This document shows positions 41,338 to 52,100 of a stretch of 64,000 nucleotides of DNA, one piece after another. Position numbers and translations under genes: made by a program. The first letter of the stretch is position 1, and each line of letters opens with the position of its first letter. Source of the stretch: an uncultured Deefgea sp. (GTDB lineage: Bacteria; Pseudomonadota; Gammaproteobacteria; Burkholderiales; Chitinibacteraceae); contig CAUOZE010000007.1 of NCBI GenBank assembly GCA_963508915.1, positions 55 to 64,054 on the forward strand. Direction: 5' to 3'. The notes beneath the pieces are model-generated. The model made no database searches. It was given only the letters and a program-made list of their open reading frames with translations, and was not told the origin of the DNA.

Positions 41338-41360
41338 GGGCTATATTTGTAACTTAGGCA

Positions 41361-42959
41361 ATGCCCGTGAACACCTCTATTCAAGACCTTGAAAACCGCC
41401 TCTGGTCCGCTGCTGACCAACTTTGGGCGATGACCGACCTCAAGCCTTCCGAATTTTCAACGCCTGTTTTGGGGCTGCTGTTTTTGCGTTATGCCGAAAC
41501 CAAATTTGCCGCCGCCGAAGCGCGCTTTGCTGAGGACGGCCTGAGCGCTGCTGAACTCGATAAAACAGATTTTCAAGCCGATGGTGTGCTGTACCTCACG
41601 GGCATTGCGCGCTTTAGTTATTTGGTGAATTTACCCGAAGCCGAAAATCTCGGTTTGGCCGTTAATATGGCAATGGCAGCGGTCGAGCTAGAGAACGAAG
41701 AATTACGTGGCGTGCTGCCGCGCAGCTACACGCGCCTGGATAATGGCGTGATTCAAGAGCTATTGCGCTTGCTTGCGCCGATTAAGATTGAAGGCGATGC
41801 GTTTGGTCGCGTTTACGAGTATTTCCTCGGCAACTTCGCGATGAAGGAAGGCCAAAAGGGCGGCGTGTTTTACACCCCGACCAGTATCGTTAAACTAATT
41901 GTCGAAATCCTCCAGCCCTACCACGGGCGCATTTACGACCCCGCTTGCGGTTCGGGCGGTATGTTTGTGCAAAGCGCGGAATTTGTGAATCAACATAACA
42001 AACGCGCCGCCGATGAACTCACGGTATTTGGCACCGAGAAATCCGCCGATACCGTCAAACTCGGCAAAATGAATTTGGCCGTGCATGGCTTGTCGGGCGA
42101 CATTCGCGTTGCCAATAGTTTTTTTGAAGACCCGCACGAATCGCTGGGCAAGTTTGACTTTGTCATGGCCAATCCGCCGTTCAACGTCAGCGGCGTGGAT
42201 AAAGACCGTATCAAGGGCGACCCGCGCCTGCCGTTTGGCTTGCCAAGCACCGACAACGCCAATTACCTGTGGATTCAATACTTCTACAGCACGCTGAACG
42301 ACACGGGCCGCGCCGGTTTCGTCATGGCCAATTCAGCAGGCGACGCGCGCGGTAGTGAGCTGGAAATCCGCAAGCAAATGCTGCAAAACGGTGTGGTCGA
42401 TGCCGTCGTCAGTATCGGCTCTAACTTCTTCTACACCGTCACGCTGCCGTGTACTTTGTGGTTCTTTGATAAGGCCAAGCGCAGCCTTCCCCCTCTCCCC
42501 ACGGCGGGAGAGGGTCGGGGTGAGGGGCGCGTGCGCGGCAAAGAGACCGTGCTGTTCATCGACGCGCGCCACCTGTACCGCCAAGTGAGCCGTTCTGTGC
42601 GCGACTTCACGCCAACGCAAACCGAATTTCTTGCCAACATTGCCCGCCTGTATCGCGGCGAAGCGGTTGAAAACCTGCATGATAGTGCGGAACTCATTGC
42701 GCAGCATTTCCCCGCAGGCGTCTACGCTGACGCGGCAGGGCTATGCAAAGTGGCAACGCTGGCCGACATCGAAGCGCAAGGCTGGAGCTTGAATCCTGGG
42801 CGTTATGTCGGCGTGGCCGATGCTGCGGCGGATGATTTTGTGTTTGCTGAACGGCTGGAAGAGCTGAGCGAAGGATTGGTTGTGTTGAACGATGAGGCTC
42901 GTCAGTTGGAGTCGCTCATCGCGCAAAATATAGCGCTAATTTTGGATGGTGTAGCATGA
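41361..42959 (+). CDS. hsdM: Type I R-M methyltransferase subunit
   Basis: [22 protein letters not shown]. Confidence 0.97.
   Translation: MPVNTSIQDLENRLWSAADQLWAMTDLKPSEFSTPVLGLLFLRYAETKFAAAEARFAEDGLSAAELDKTDFQADGVLYLTGIARFSYLVNLPEAENLGLAVNMAMAAVELENEELRGVLPRSYTRLDNGVIQELLRLLAPIKIEGDAFGRVYEYFLGNFAMKEGQKGGVFYTPTSIVKLIVEILQPYHGRIYDPACGSGGMFVQSAEFVNQHNKRAADELTVFGTEKSADTVKLGKMNLAVHGLSGDIRVANSFFEDPHESLGKFDFVMANPPFNVSGVDKDRIKGDPRLPFGLPSTDNANYLWIQYFYSTLNDTGRAGFVMANSAGDARGSELEIRKQMLQNGVVDAVVSIGSNFFYTVTLPCTLWFFDKAKRSLPPLPTAGEGRGEGRVRGKETVLFIDARHLYRQVSRSVRDFTPTQTEFLANIARLYRGEAVENLHDSAELIAQHFPAGVYADAAGLCKVATLADIEAQGWSLNPGRYVGVADAAADDFVFAERLEELSEGLVVLNDEARQLESLIAQNIALILDGVA
42485..42527. repeat. Palindromic REP-like element inserted in frame in hsdM
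   Basis: CCCTCTCCC-CACGGC-GGGAGAGGG-TCGGGGTGAGGGG, encoding [14 protein letters not shown]. Confidence 0.75.
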
Positions 42960-44194
42960 GTGCGCGTCAAAAATTTAAGCTTGATGAGTTAGGTACTGTT
43001 GGTAGAGGTAAGTCTAAACATCGGCCTCGTAATGACCCCAGCCTTTATGGTGGCCCATATCCATTTTTTCAAACTGGCGACGTAAAGGCTGCTGAGCTTT
43101 ATTTGCGTGAATATTCGCAAACGTATAGCGATGCTGGATTGGCACAAAGCAAATTGTGGCAGCCAGGTACGCTTTGTATCACTATTGCCGCTAATGTCGC
43201 TGATACAGCAATTTTGGCAATTCCTGGTTGCTTCCCTGATAGCGTCGTTGGGTTTATCGCAAATCCTGAAAAAGCTGATGCTCGATTTATTAAATACTAT
43301 ATCGACGTTATTAAGCGGCAGATGGTTAGCGCCTCAAAAGGCACTACGCAAGATAATTTGAGCGTAGATAAGTTACTGATGTTTGATTTTGAAGTTCCGC
43401 TGGTCTGCGAGCAAACGCATATTGCAGATATTATTTCCGCCTATGACGACCTGATTGAGAACAACACGCGGCGGATTGCGGTGTTGGAGGAAATGGCGCG
43501 GCGGATTTATGAAGAATGGTTCGTCCACTTCCGCTACCCCGGCCACGAGCAAGCCCAAAAAGTAGAAACCGAGCTAGGCTTGGTGCCGGAAGGGTGGGAG
43601 GTTAAGCAGCTTGGCGAATGTTCCGTTTATGTGAATCGGGGCATTACCCCTAAGTATGACGATGCTGCTGAGGGCTTGGTTATCAATCAAAAATGCATTC
43701 GAAATGGCAAGCTAAGTATGGCTTTTGCAAGAAGACAGTCGAAAGTACCTCCAAGCGATAAAGTGGTGCGTTATGGTGATGTATTAATTAATTCAACAGG
43801 TGTTGGTACTCTTGGACGTGTTACTCAAATTTGTGAAAATTTGAATAATGTCACGGTAGATACGCATGTCAGTATTGTTCGTCCGAGGCCTGAGCTAGAT
43901 GTAGAGTTTTTTGGATTGGCACTGCTTCGGCTGGAGCCGCACTTTGAGCAACAAGGAGTCGGAGCAACTGGTCAAACAGAGTTGAGCCGCGCCCGTATTG
44001 CGGAAACTCCGATGCTCATTCCGCCGTTTGAATTGCAGGTGCAGTTTTCGAATATGGTTTCTGCAATGCGTAAGCAGCCACTAATTCTATCCAAGAAAAA
44101 CGCTAACCTCCGCCAAACCCGCGACCTACTCTTGCCGCGCCTGATTTCGGGCGAGCTGGACGTTTCTAAGCTGGTGCTGCCGGATGTGGCTTGA
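42956..44194 (+). CDS. hsdS: Type I R-M specificity subunit
   Basis: Two TRDs with conserved [17 protein letters not shown] and [17 protein letters not shown]; ATGA overlap with hsdM. Confidence 0.96.
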   Translation: MSARQKFKLDELGTVGRGKSKHRPRNDPSLYGGPYPFFQTGDVKAAELYLREYSQTYSDAGLAQSKLWQPGTLCITIAANVADTAILAIPGCFPDSVVGFIANPEKADARFIKYYIDVIKRQMVSASKGTTQDNLSVDKLLMFDFEVPLVCEQTHIADIISAYDDLIENNTRRIAVLEEMARRIYEEWFVHFRYPGHEQAQKVETELGLVPEGWEVKQLGECSVYVNRGITPKYDDAAEGLVINQKCIRNGKLSMAFARRQSKVPPSDKVVRYGDVLINSTGVGTLGRVTQICENLNNVTVDTHVSIVRPRPELDVEFFGLALLRLEPHFEQQGVGATGQTELSRARIAETPMLIPPFELQVQFSNMVSAMRKQPLILSKKNANLRQTRDLLLPRLISGELDVSKLVLPDVA

Positions 44195-44346
44195 TGGGTA
44201 TGTGGTGCTGAGTGATGGTGGTAATGGGTTGTGAGTATATACCCGTTATGACTGTTTTGCACCCTGTCGCACGCCCCGTGGCTGCGCAAGCCCACCAACT
44301 TCGCCTACGAATGCTCTGTGCGTTGCAGAGTGAACGAAGCCGAAGC

Positions 44347-44452
44347 ATGCGCGCGTTTGCCGAGTCATGGCCGCAAGAGGCAATTGTCCAGCAGGCTGTT
44401 GGACAATAATCGTGGGTGCGAAAGTTGAAAGAACCGCAGTGGCGGATGAGGG
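44347..44452 (+). pseudogene. Remnant of a DUF1016/YhcG-family gene
   Basis: MRAFAESWPQEAIVQQAVGQ* then SW..KLKEP resembles the DUF1016 MRAFAEAWP..IVQQ...QLPW motif; in-frame TAA and deletions. Confidence 0.65.
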
Positions 44453-44456
44453 CGTA

Positions 44457-44906
44457 ATGTCGAATGTGGTGTTGGAATGTGGTCAGTGCGGTAAGGCCAA
44501 TAAGGTGGAAACCCAGTTTCAGATTAGCTGTGGGTGTTGCAAAGCACCGCTGGATACGCAGGCGTTTCGCCCTTATGCCGATTATTTTGAGCAACAAAAG
44601 CCCGCTAAAAAAAGCGGTGTGAGCAAAACGACGATGTTTGTGGTGGCGACGGTGACGGCGGTGAGTGGCTTTTTTTCGGCTGAATATGTGTCGCAGCGCG
44701 CGGCGGTTTCTCCGACCGAATACCGCTTCTTGGAGGCATGTATTTTGGGCTCTGAGCCAACAAACCATGCACGTTATCAGCGCAAAGTGGCCATTTGTAC
44801 TTGTGCATTTAATCAAACGCGCGACAGCCTTGCGGCCAAGCCTGAGCTAGATTTCGTAGCGACGTTTGAGCAGACTGTTACCGCGTGCGCAGGCGCGGTG
44901 CAATAA
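44457..44906 (+). CDS. Zn-ribbon + single TM + Cys-containing C-terminal domain protein
   Basis: CGQC...CGCC, TM MFVVATVTAVSGFF, C-terminal EAC/CTC/C. Confidence 0.7.
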   Translation: MSNVVLECGQCGKANKVETQFQISCGCCKAPLDTQAFRPYADYFEQQKPAKKSGVSKTTMFVVATVTAVSGFFSAEYVSQRAAVSPTEYRFLEACILGSEPTNHARYQRKVAICTCAFNQTRDSLAAKPELDFVATFEQTVTACAGAVQ

Positions 44907-44927
44907 CCCCAGGGGTTAAGCCTGGGG
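44907..44927. terminator. GC-rich hairpin between convergent genes
   Basis: CCCCAGG-GGTTAAG-CCTGGGG; no clear U-tract. Confidence 0.4.
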
Positions 44928-44933
44928 CTGCGA

Positions 44934-45074
44934 TTACTTGGCTTGCGTGTCGCCGGAGTCTAGGCGCTCTTCGTAATCATCTGGCCGCTCATCCAAACCG
45001 CGCGACTCCCAATAGGCGTCGTTATTTGGATTGAGCTGGTTGCTATGATTGTCGTTGTCGTCTTTTTTGCTCAT
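44934..45074 (-). CDS. Small acidic protein (46 aa)
   Basis: Manual translation MSKKDDNDNHSNQLNPNNDAYWESRGLDERPDDYEERLDSGDTQAK*. Confidence 0.7.
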   Translation of the reverse strand: MSKKDDNDNHSNQLNPNNDAYWESRGLDERPDDYEERLDSGDTQAK

Positions 45075-45086
45075 GGGCCAGGCTTC

Positions 45087-45194
45087 TTATTTAGTTTTCG
45101 GTGGGTTGTTATCACGGCCACCGCCTGATGGCTCTCCTGTTTTGCTCGGCCAATTGGGCTGGTTTGATGCGGTCAATGTTTGAGTTGTGTTCAT
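45087..45194 (-). CDS. Small Gly/Pro/Asn-rich peptide (35 aa)
   Basis: Manual translation MNTTQTLTASNQPNWPSKTGEPSGGGRDNNPPKTK*; GGAG RBS 7 nt upstream. Confidence 0.6.
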   Translation of the reverse strand: MNTTQTLTASNQPNWPSKTGEPSGGGRDNNPPKTK

Positions 45195-45216
45195 GGTGAG
45201 GCTCCATTTGAGTTGA

Positions 45217-45642
45217 ATGCTGGATAAGGCTTACCCAGTGATGGAGATAATACGGAGTGGTACTGTGACAGTACGTGACAGCGAGCAGGTGATTTCCCAT
45301 TGGCCGCAATTAAGCGTCATCATTGATGAATGCGGCGGTGCGGCGGCTTTTTTGCGTGGCATCGAAGGCGATGCGCTGGATGAGTTGCTGGACAAAAGAT
45401 ATGGCTGCGCAGACGGTGATGACATGCGCATTGAAAAGCTCAATGAGAGCTTAAGGCAGTGCTTGAGCCGCTATAAACGTGGCAAGAATTTACAGGGTAA
45501 TTCGCTGGATTTAGGGCGGCAATTATTGGAAATCTGGCTGAAGAAATATCCTAGTGCAATACGTTATACCGAACATGAAGAGCTTCGGCAGATGCGAGCT
45601 ATTTCACATGAGCTTGAACGGCTGCTTGCTGGCAATGCCTAG
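45217..45642 (+). CDS. Hypothetical protein (141 aa)
   Basis: ORF between the micro-ORFs and hsdR; no motif recognised. Confidence 0.6.
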   Translation: MLDKAYPVMEIIRSGTVTVRDSEQVISHWPQLSVIIDECGGAAAFLRGIEGDALDELLDKRYGCADGDDMRIEKLNESLRQCLSRYKRGKNLQGNSLDLGRQLLEIWLKKYPSAIRYTEHEELRQMRAISHELERLLAGNA

Positions 45643-45827
45643 CGCGTTGATTGCTAGCTTGTAAGATTGATGCGACTTGGGTAGTCTTTCGTCTATGTTC
45701 AGTTAAAAAATAAGATAATTCAGCAAAAATTAGTTTTCATTAGCTGACTATTTATCCTATTCGCTGGGCGAATTGAATGGTAAGTCTTTGATAAGACTGC
45801 TATTTGTATTGGATAAAAGGACCGTCA

Positions 45828-48800
45828 GTGCCCTATAACATCGAAAAACCAACCCCACATTCCGCGCGTGACGTGTCGGCTGGCTATGGCGAGCTGAATT
45901 TAGTTGAAGCGCCTGCCATTGAATTACTTAAAAATTTGGGCTGGCAGCATGCGGATTTGTTCAAAGAAAAAATAGGGCGTTTGGGCACTGAAGGGCGCGA
46001 GAGCGAAAGCCAAGTCATTTTGCCGAACCGCTTGCGGGCGGCATTGCAGCGGCTCAATCCTGGCTTGTCGCCATTGGCGTATGAGCTGGCGTTTGACGTG
46101 TTAAATACCGACCGTTCCCGTGAGTCGGCGGTGGTGGCGAATCAAGCGATTTATGCCTTGCTGCGCGACGGCGTCAAAGTCACCGTTCCCGACGCCGATG
46201 GTATGCCGAGCTTTGAAACGCTGGTGCTGGTGGACTGGAAAAATCCCGAGAACAATGAATATTTTCTGGCGACTCAACTTTGGGTGGCGGGGGATATGTA
46301 TCGCCGTCGCTGCGATGGTGTCGGCTATATCAATGGCTTGCCGCTGGTGTTCTTAGAATTTAAAGCGCCTGGTGTACATTTAAAAGCTGCCTTTGACGAA
46401 AACCTGCGCGATTACCGGGGGCAAAGCATCCCGCAATTGTTTCACTTCAATGCGTTTATCTTGTTATCCAATGGCCGAGAAACTAAGGTCGGTACGCTCA
46501 CGTCAATGTGGGAACACTTTGCCGAATGGAAGCGGATTTCGACCGAAGAAGAGCCCGCTAAGGTGTCGCTAGAAACCGCACTGCGTGGGATGTTGCTGCC
46601 TGAGCGTTTACTCGACCTGATTGAAAACTACACTCTGTTTGAACTGGTTCGTGGTGGGCTGGTGAAGAAGGTCGCTAAAAACCATCAATTCCTTGGTGTG
46701 AATAAAGCCATCGAGGAAGTGGGCAAGCTGAACGAGAACCAAGGGAAGTTGGGCGTGTTCTGGCATACCCAAGGCAGTGGCAAGAGTTTGTCGATGGTGT
46801 TCTTTACACAGAAAATCTTGCGCAAGCGTCCTGGCGCGTGGACTTTTGTGATTGTGACGGACCGCGAAGAACTTGATACGCAAATCTATAAAACCTTTGC
46901 CAATACGGGTAGTGTGGGCGCTGAGGTTCAAGCCACTAGCGCGGCGCACCTTAAAGAGTTGTTGGCAGGTAATCAGCGCTATGTGTTCACGCTGATTCAA
47001 AAATTCCGCAGTGAGGACGGTGCAGAATATCCGCTGTTGTCGAATCGTTCCGACATCATTGTGATTACCGACGAAGCGCATCGTAGCGAGTACGGCACGT
47101 TTGCAATGAATATGCGCAAGGCGCTGCCGAATGCGGCGTTTATTGGTTTTACCGGAACGCCATTGATTGCGGGCGAAGACGAAAAAACTCGCGCCGTGTT
47201 TGGTGATTATGTTTCGGTCTATAACTTCGCCCAGGCTATTCAAGACGGTGCAACGGTGCCGCTGTATTACGAGAATCGTATCCCCGCTTTGCAACTGACT
47301 AACGAAGATTTGAATGCCGACTTGGCGAGTATTTTGGAAAATGCCGACCTCGACGAGGACCAAGAGCAAAAACTAGAGCGCGAATTTGGCCGTCAATATC
47401 ACCTGATAACTCGTAACGACCGACTTGAAACCATCGCCGCTGACATCGTTGAGCATTTCACGGGTCGTGGGTATCGCGGCAAAGCGATGATGGTGTGCAT
47501 CGACAAGGCAACCGCCATTCGCATGTACGACAAGGTGCAAGCACATTGGCAAGCGACGCTGACACGCCTAAATGCCGAGCTAAAGTCGAGTACGGGTGAA
47601 CATGCCGAGGCTATACAGGCCCGTATCACCTTGATGCTCGATACCGATATGGCCGTGGTGGTGTCGCAAGGCCAAAACGAAGTGGCCGACCTGAAAGAGA
47701 AAGGCCTGGATATTGAGCCGCATCGCCGTCGCATGATGCAGGGTGATTTGGAAGAAGAATTCAAAAGCCCGACGACCAAGCTAAAACTGGTGTTTGTTTG
47801 CGCGATGTGGATTACGGGCTTTGACGTGCCGACTTGCTCGACGCTGTATCTGGATAAGCCGATGAAGGCGCATACCTTGATGCAGGCCATCGCCCGCGCT
47901 AATCGGGTGTCTGAAGGCAAAACCAGCGGCATGATTGTCGATTACGTCGGGATTTTCCGTCACCTCAAAGACGCGCTTTCTATTTATGCCAATTCAGGCG
48001 CGGGCGGTGCGGGTTGTGATGATTCGGGCGATGATTCAGGAAATGTCCCGCTAGAGGCGAAACAACAGCTTATTAGCTTGCTTGAGCAGTCCATTACCGA
48101 CGCGGAAATGTGGTGCCAAACTCAGCAAATTAGTATCACCGACATCATTGCTGCCGAAGGATTTCACCGTGTTGGCTTAATGATGGACGCGGTCGATGCC
48201 ATCGTCGCCAGTGATGATACTAAAGCGCAGTTTATGGCGCTGGCGGGCTTTGTGGCTAAACACTACAAGGCCATTTTGCCCGATACCCGCGCTGCGGATT
48301 ACGCGCCCAAAACGGTTGCGCTGGCGTTCTTGGCACGGCAAGTCAAAGCGCTGATGCCACCCGTCGATATTAGCGAGGTGATGAATGATATTGAGGCCTT
48401 GCTCGATGATTCTATTGCCACCGATGGGTATCACATTTCCGCCAGTGGTATGGCCAAAGCTTTGGTTGATTTGTCGGAAATTGACTTTGAAGCGCTGGAT
48501 GCCGAGTTTAAAAAGAGCAAGCGTAAACACGTTACAGCCGAACAGTTGAAGGGCGCGGTCGAGCAAAAAGTGAACGAGCTGGCGGCGAAAAATCCAAGTC
48601 GTGAAGGCTTGGTCGAAAAGCTGAAAAAACTGATTGATGCGTACAACGCTGGCGATATCAACATCGAAACGTATGTCGAGGAACTCAAGCAATTTACTAA
48701 AGAGTTGAAAGCGGAAGGGTTGCGTGGTGAATCGCTAGGGCTTAGCGAAGAAGAGTTGGCCGTGTTCGACATTTTGACTCAGCCCGACCCGCCACTCACG

Positions 48801-49025
48801 CCTGAACAAGAGCAAGAAGTACGCCGCGTAGCGAAAACGCTATTGACCAAGTTGAAAGCAGAAAGGCTGATTTTGGATTGGCGTTTAAAACAACAAGCCC
48901 GTGCTGCAGTGCAGAAAACCATCAGAGATATTTTTAGAACATTGCCACAACCCTATAACCCCGACCTGCGCCAGGAAAAAGCGGCTAGGGCTTATAGCTT
49001 TGTTTATGACAATTTGGCGGGGTAA
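45828..49025 (+). CDS. hsdR: Type I R-M restriction subunit
   Basis: FLEFKA nuclease motif, WHTQGSGKS, DEAHRS, GFTGTP, MWITGFD, QAIARANR; start uncertain (GTG 45828). Confidence 0.97.
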   Translation: MPYNIEKPTPHSARDVSAGYGELNLVEAPAIELLKNLGWQHADLFKEKIGRLGTEGRESESQVILPNRLRAALQRLNPGLSPLAYELAFDVLNTDRSRESAVVANQAIYALLRDGVKVTVPDADGMPSFETLVLVDWKNPENNEYFLATQLWVAGDMYRRRCDGVGYINGLPLVFLEFKAPGVHLKAAFDENLRDYRGQSIPQLFHFNAFILLSNGRETKVGTLTSMWEHFAEWKRISTEEEPAKVSLETALRGMLLPERLLDLIENYTLFELVRGGLVKKVAKNHQFLGVNKAIEEVGKLNENQGKLGVFWHTQGSGKSLSMVFFTQKILRKRPGAWTFVIVTDREELDTQIYKTFANTGSVGAEVQATSAAHLKELLAGNQRYVFTLIQKFRSEDGAEYPLLSNRSDIIVITDEAHRSEYGTFAMNMRKALPNAAFIGFTGTPLIAGEDEKTRAVFGDYVSVYNFAQAIQDGATVPLYYENRIPALQLTNEDLNADLASILENADLDEDQEQKLEREFGRQYHLITRNDRLETIAADIVEHFTGRGYRGKAMMVCIDKATAIRMYDKVQAHWQATLTRLNAELKSSTGEHAEAIQARITLMLDTDMAVVVSQGQNEVADLKEKGLDIEPHRRRMMQGDLEEEFKSPTTKLKLVFVCAMWITGFDVPTCSTLYLDKPMKAHTLMQAIARANRVSEGKTSGMIVDYVGIFRHLKDALSIYANSGAGGAGCDDSGDDSGNVPLEAKQQLISLLEQSITDAEMWCQTQQISITDIIAAEGFHRVGLMMDAVDAIVASDDTKAQFMALAGFVAKHYKAILPDTRAADYAPKTVALAFLARQVKALMPPVDISEVMNDIEALLDDSIATDGYHISASGMAKALVDLSEIDFEALDAEFKKSKRKHVTAEQLKGAVEQKVNELAAKNPSREGLVEKLKKLIDAYNAGDINIETYVEELKQFTKELKAEGLRGESLGLSEEELAVFDILTQPDPPLTPEQEQEVRRVAKTLLTKLKAERLILDWRLKQQARAAVQKTIRDIFRTLPQPYNPDLRQEKAARAYSFVYDNLAG

Positions 49026-49120
49026 GGGGGAAGGGAGTTTGAATTTCATCACAAAATCTTGAAATAAGACGTTTGGTTGCTTTGTTGTTGGCTCGTCATC
49101 ATAAATTGTAATTTCACCTG

Positions 49121-52100
49121 TTGAGTAAGGCGCTGAGTATGGCTGATATGTTGATTAAACATTTAAATGAAAAAGGCAGTGCCCATTCGGGACTATCCTT
49201 GTTGGTAAATCAATGGGGGTTTGATGAAAAACTAATTCCCAAAGCGTTACAAACAATAGGCGGCCTTTTTCCTCATTACAGCAGGCATGATGAGTCCCAT
49301 AGTAAACAGATTTTAATTAATATTGAGCGCCTGCTCGGTGAGAATATAAAGCTGCTCACGGCTACAGATACTTGGCTTTTGCTTGAGGCTGCGTATTGGC
49401 ATGATATTGGTATGGTTGTTCCTCAGGAAGATATTGCCAATACGTTAAAATTAGCTGAATTTCAACAATATCTTGATTCAATTTGTAATACGCCGAACCA
49501 TGAGTTAGAGCGTTGTGCTAGAAATTTACGTACGAGAAATGATAGCAACAGTTTTTTTGATGCACGTTCACCGCTAGAAGCTGTTGGGCAGTTTGGACAG
49601 CTAATGGCTGAGTGGTTTCGCAGACAGCATGCAGGACGAGCAGCAAAAACAATTCAATCTCCTTGGGATAGTGCTGGAATTAGTTCTCCCCGCACAGAGC
49701 TGATACCTGCTCGACTCTTTAAATTGCTTGGACGAATTTGCCAAATGCACGGTTCACCATTTGAGGAGTTGTTGGCTCCGAATGGTTTACCTTTCCGAGA
49801 GGCGGGTTTAGCACAGGAGGATTGCCACCCCCGATTTATTGCTTGTCTGCTGCGTATGGGGGATTTATTGGATTTGGATGACAATCGTTTTTGCCCTGTT
49901 ATGCAGCGCATCGCGGGTGAAAACCGCCCCAAACTCAGTAAGGCGCATGAAGATAAGCATGCAGGGCTTCGGCATTTGCGAATAGACCGTGAACGAATTG
50001 AAATCAGCGCAGAGTGCGAAACGATTGATGGATATTTAGAAACCTTCAAATGGTTTGATTGGCTTAAGCAAGAAGTTCAAAATCAAATGGTGAACTGGCA
50101 AGATATCGTCCCAAGCCGGGATTTAGGGCTTTTGCCTACACTGGGTTCGTTAAAGGTTCGATTAAGTGGTGAGTTACAAATATTAAAAGAAGGGCAGCGC
50201 CCGCAGTTTGGAGTTGATGGCGTAAAAGCTATTGAGCTGTTGCAAGGAAATAATCTGTACAGCACGAAATTTTCCTGCATTCGTGAGTTATTGCAAAACG
50301 CGGTCGATGCTACTTTGCTACGGCTGTGGTTGAGTAAGAGTAAACGTAAAAGTGACACCGCTGAGGTTTGGGATAGTCCGTTGGCTGAAGGAGCTAGAGT
50401 TGCTCTTGATTCGGCATTGGTAGAAGTTAGCCTGACTGAAACCCCTGAGCCTAACGAGGATATGACTGATAAGTCTACTTGGACTTTAACAATTACTGAC
50501 GAAGGGACCGGTATTAGTCGGGAAGATTTGGCATACATGCTGCAAATTGGCGGCTCACATCGTAATCAGCAAAGGCAAGCTAAAATTAGCGCAATGCCGG
50601 AATGGATGAAGCCATCAGGTACTTTTGGTATTGGTTTGCAAAGTGTGTTCTTGTTGTGCAATGAAATAACACTAACGACTAAAAGTATATTTAGTAATGA
50701 AATATTGCAAATAACAATGCATAGCCCTACAGGGCCACATGAAGGTTTGGTGCTGTTAAAAATACTTGAGAATGACATCGGACGTTCTTTTGGCACCGAA
50801 ATTAAAGCTAAATTTCAACTAGATGCTTTTGCCAAATCATGGACTATATCGTTAGGTGGCAATATTTCTTTGGCCGAAAAATTCGTAAATGCAATGGACC
50901 CTCTTGATGCTTCATTCCCCTATGAAGCGGCTAAAATTGCGGATGAGTTCATTGCATTTTCTGCAAATTCACCCATTAAAATCGTACCCAAGTTAATAAC
51001 TTCTAATGGAAAACAACATATTGATGTTACTGCTAAGGTGCCGATTAGTAATGTTTCAAATCAATGGCGTTTTGTGAATGTTAATAGTCATGCGTTGGCA
51101 CTTCGGTACACTCCCGTTGTTTATGGTCGTTCAAATTGGAGTCTGAGTTTGCTTTATCGTGGTCAACCATTTGAATTTAAAAACAAGGTTTATTCTCACC
51201 TTCAACTGGAGGTTGACTTAATGTCAGGGAAGGCCGGCCATTGGTTGATTGCTAATCGCGAAAAGTTGGCGGGCAGTGCCGAGGGTGAATTGAACAAACT
51301 AATCCTGGCTGCACTTGAGCAGCAGGTGAGGAGTGATATTGCAGCTCCCGAAGATATTGAGATGCTTCATGAGAATAATCGACCAACGTATTCTTTTTTT
51401 CTTGAAGTGATGGCATTGAGTCATCAAGGTGGCTGGAAGGAGTTAGCCCAACTTTTCGATAAAGAATGGTTAGCTTTACCTTGTCGCTCAAAGATATATC
51501 CCACATTCCATGACGCATTTTTGGCACACTCTTGGACTCTAGGAGAGGCACCATCCCGTGGTGAACCTGAAGTTCTTGGATGTGATGTTTTAGTGGATAG
51601 CCCTAGTTGGGATGCTACCCTGCATATTGTTCTGAATGAGTGGTTAAAAGATGACCGCAGAACGGTGCAAGTGCAAGTACCTGAACTACGCGAAGAATCT
51701 GCTGTTGGTTGCTCAGAGGGGGACATACCTACGACATATTTAGAAGATGCAGTTAAATATCGTGTTCGTTATCTACTTAAAAAAGAGAAACAAGAGGCCT
51801 ATACGAACGACGCGTTAGCTACTCGGTTGGCTGCGGTTGCACGTCAAACATCTGGTAATTCTCGTTACTTATTAAATGTAGATGATATTAGGTGGAATAA
51901 ACTATGGTTGAAAGATGATGCTCAGGTGATGGCTCAAAGATTGTTTGATGTGACACCGCGAAATGCAAAATTTATTTTATTACCTTTTCTCTTTCGTGGT
52001 TTGGTTAGAGGAGTGGGGGTTTCGAGTGAAGCAACTTCAGAGCAATTGGATGCCTTATGCAAATGGATTCAGCCTAATTTGGTTTCTACAGTTACGCTAG

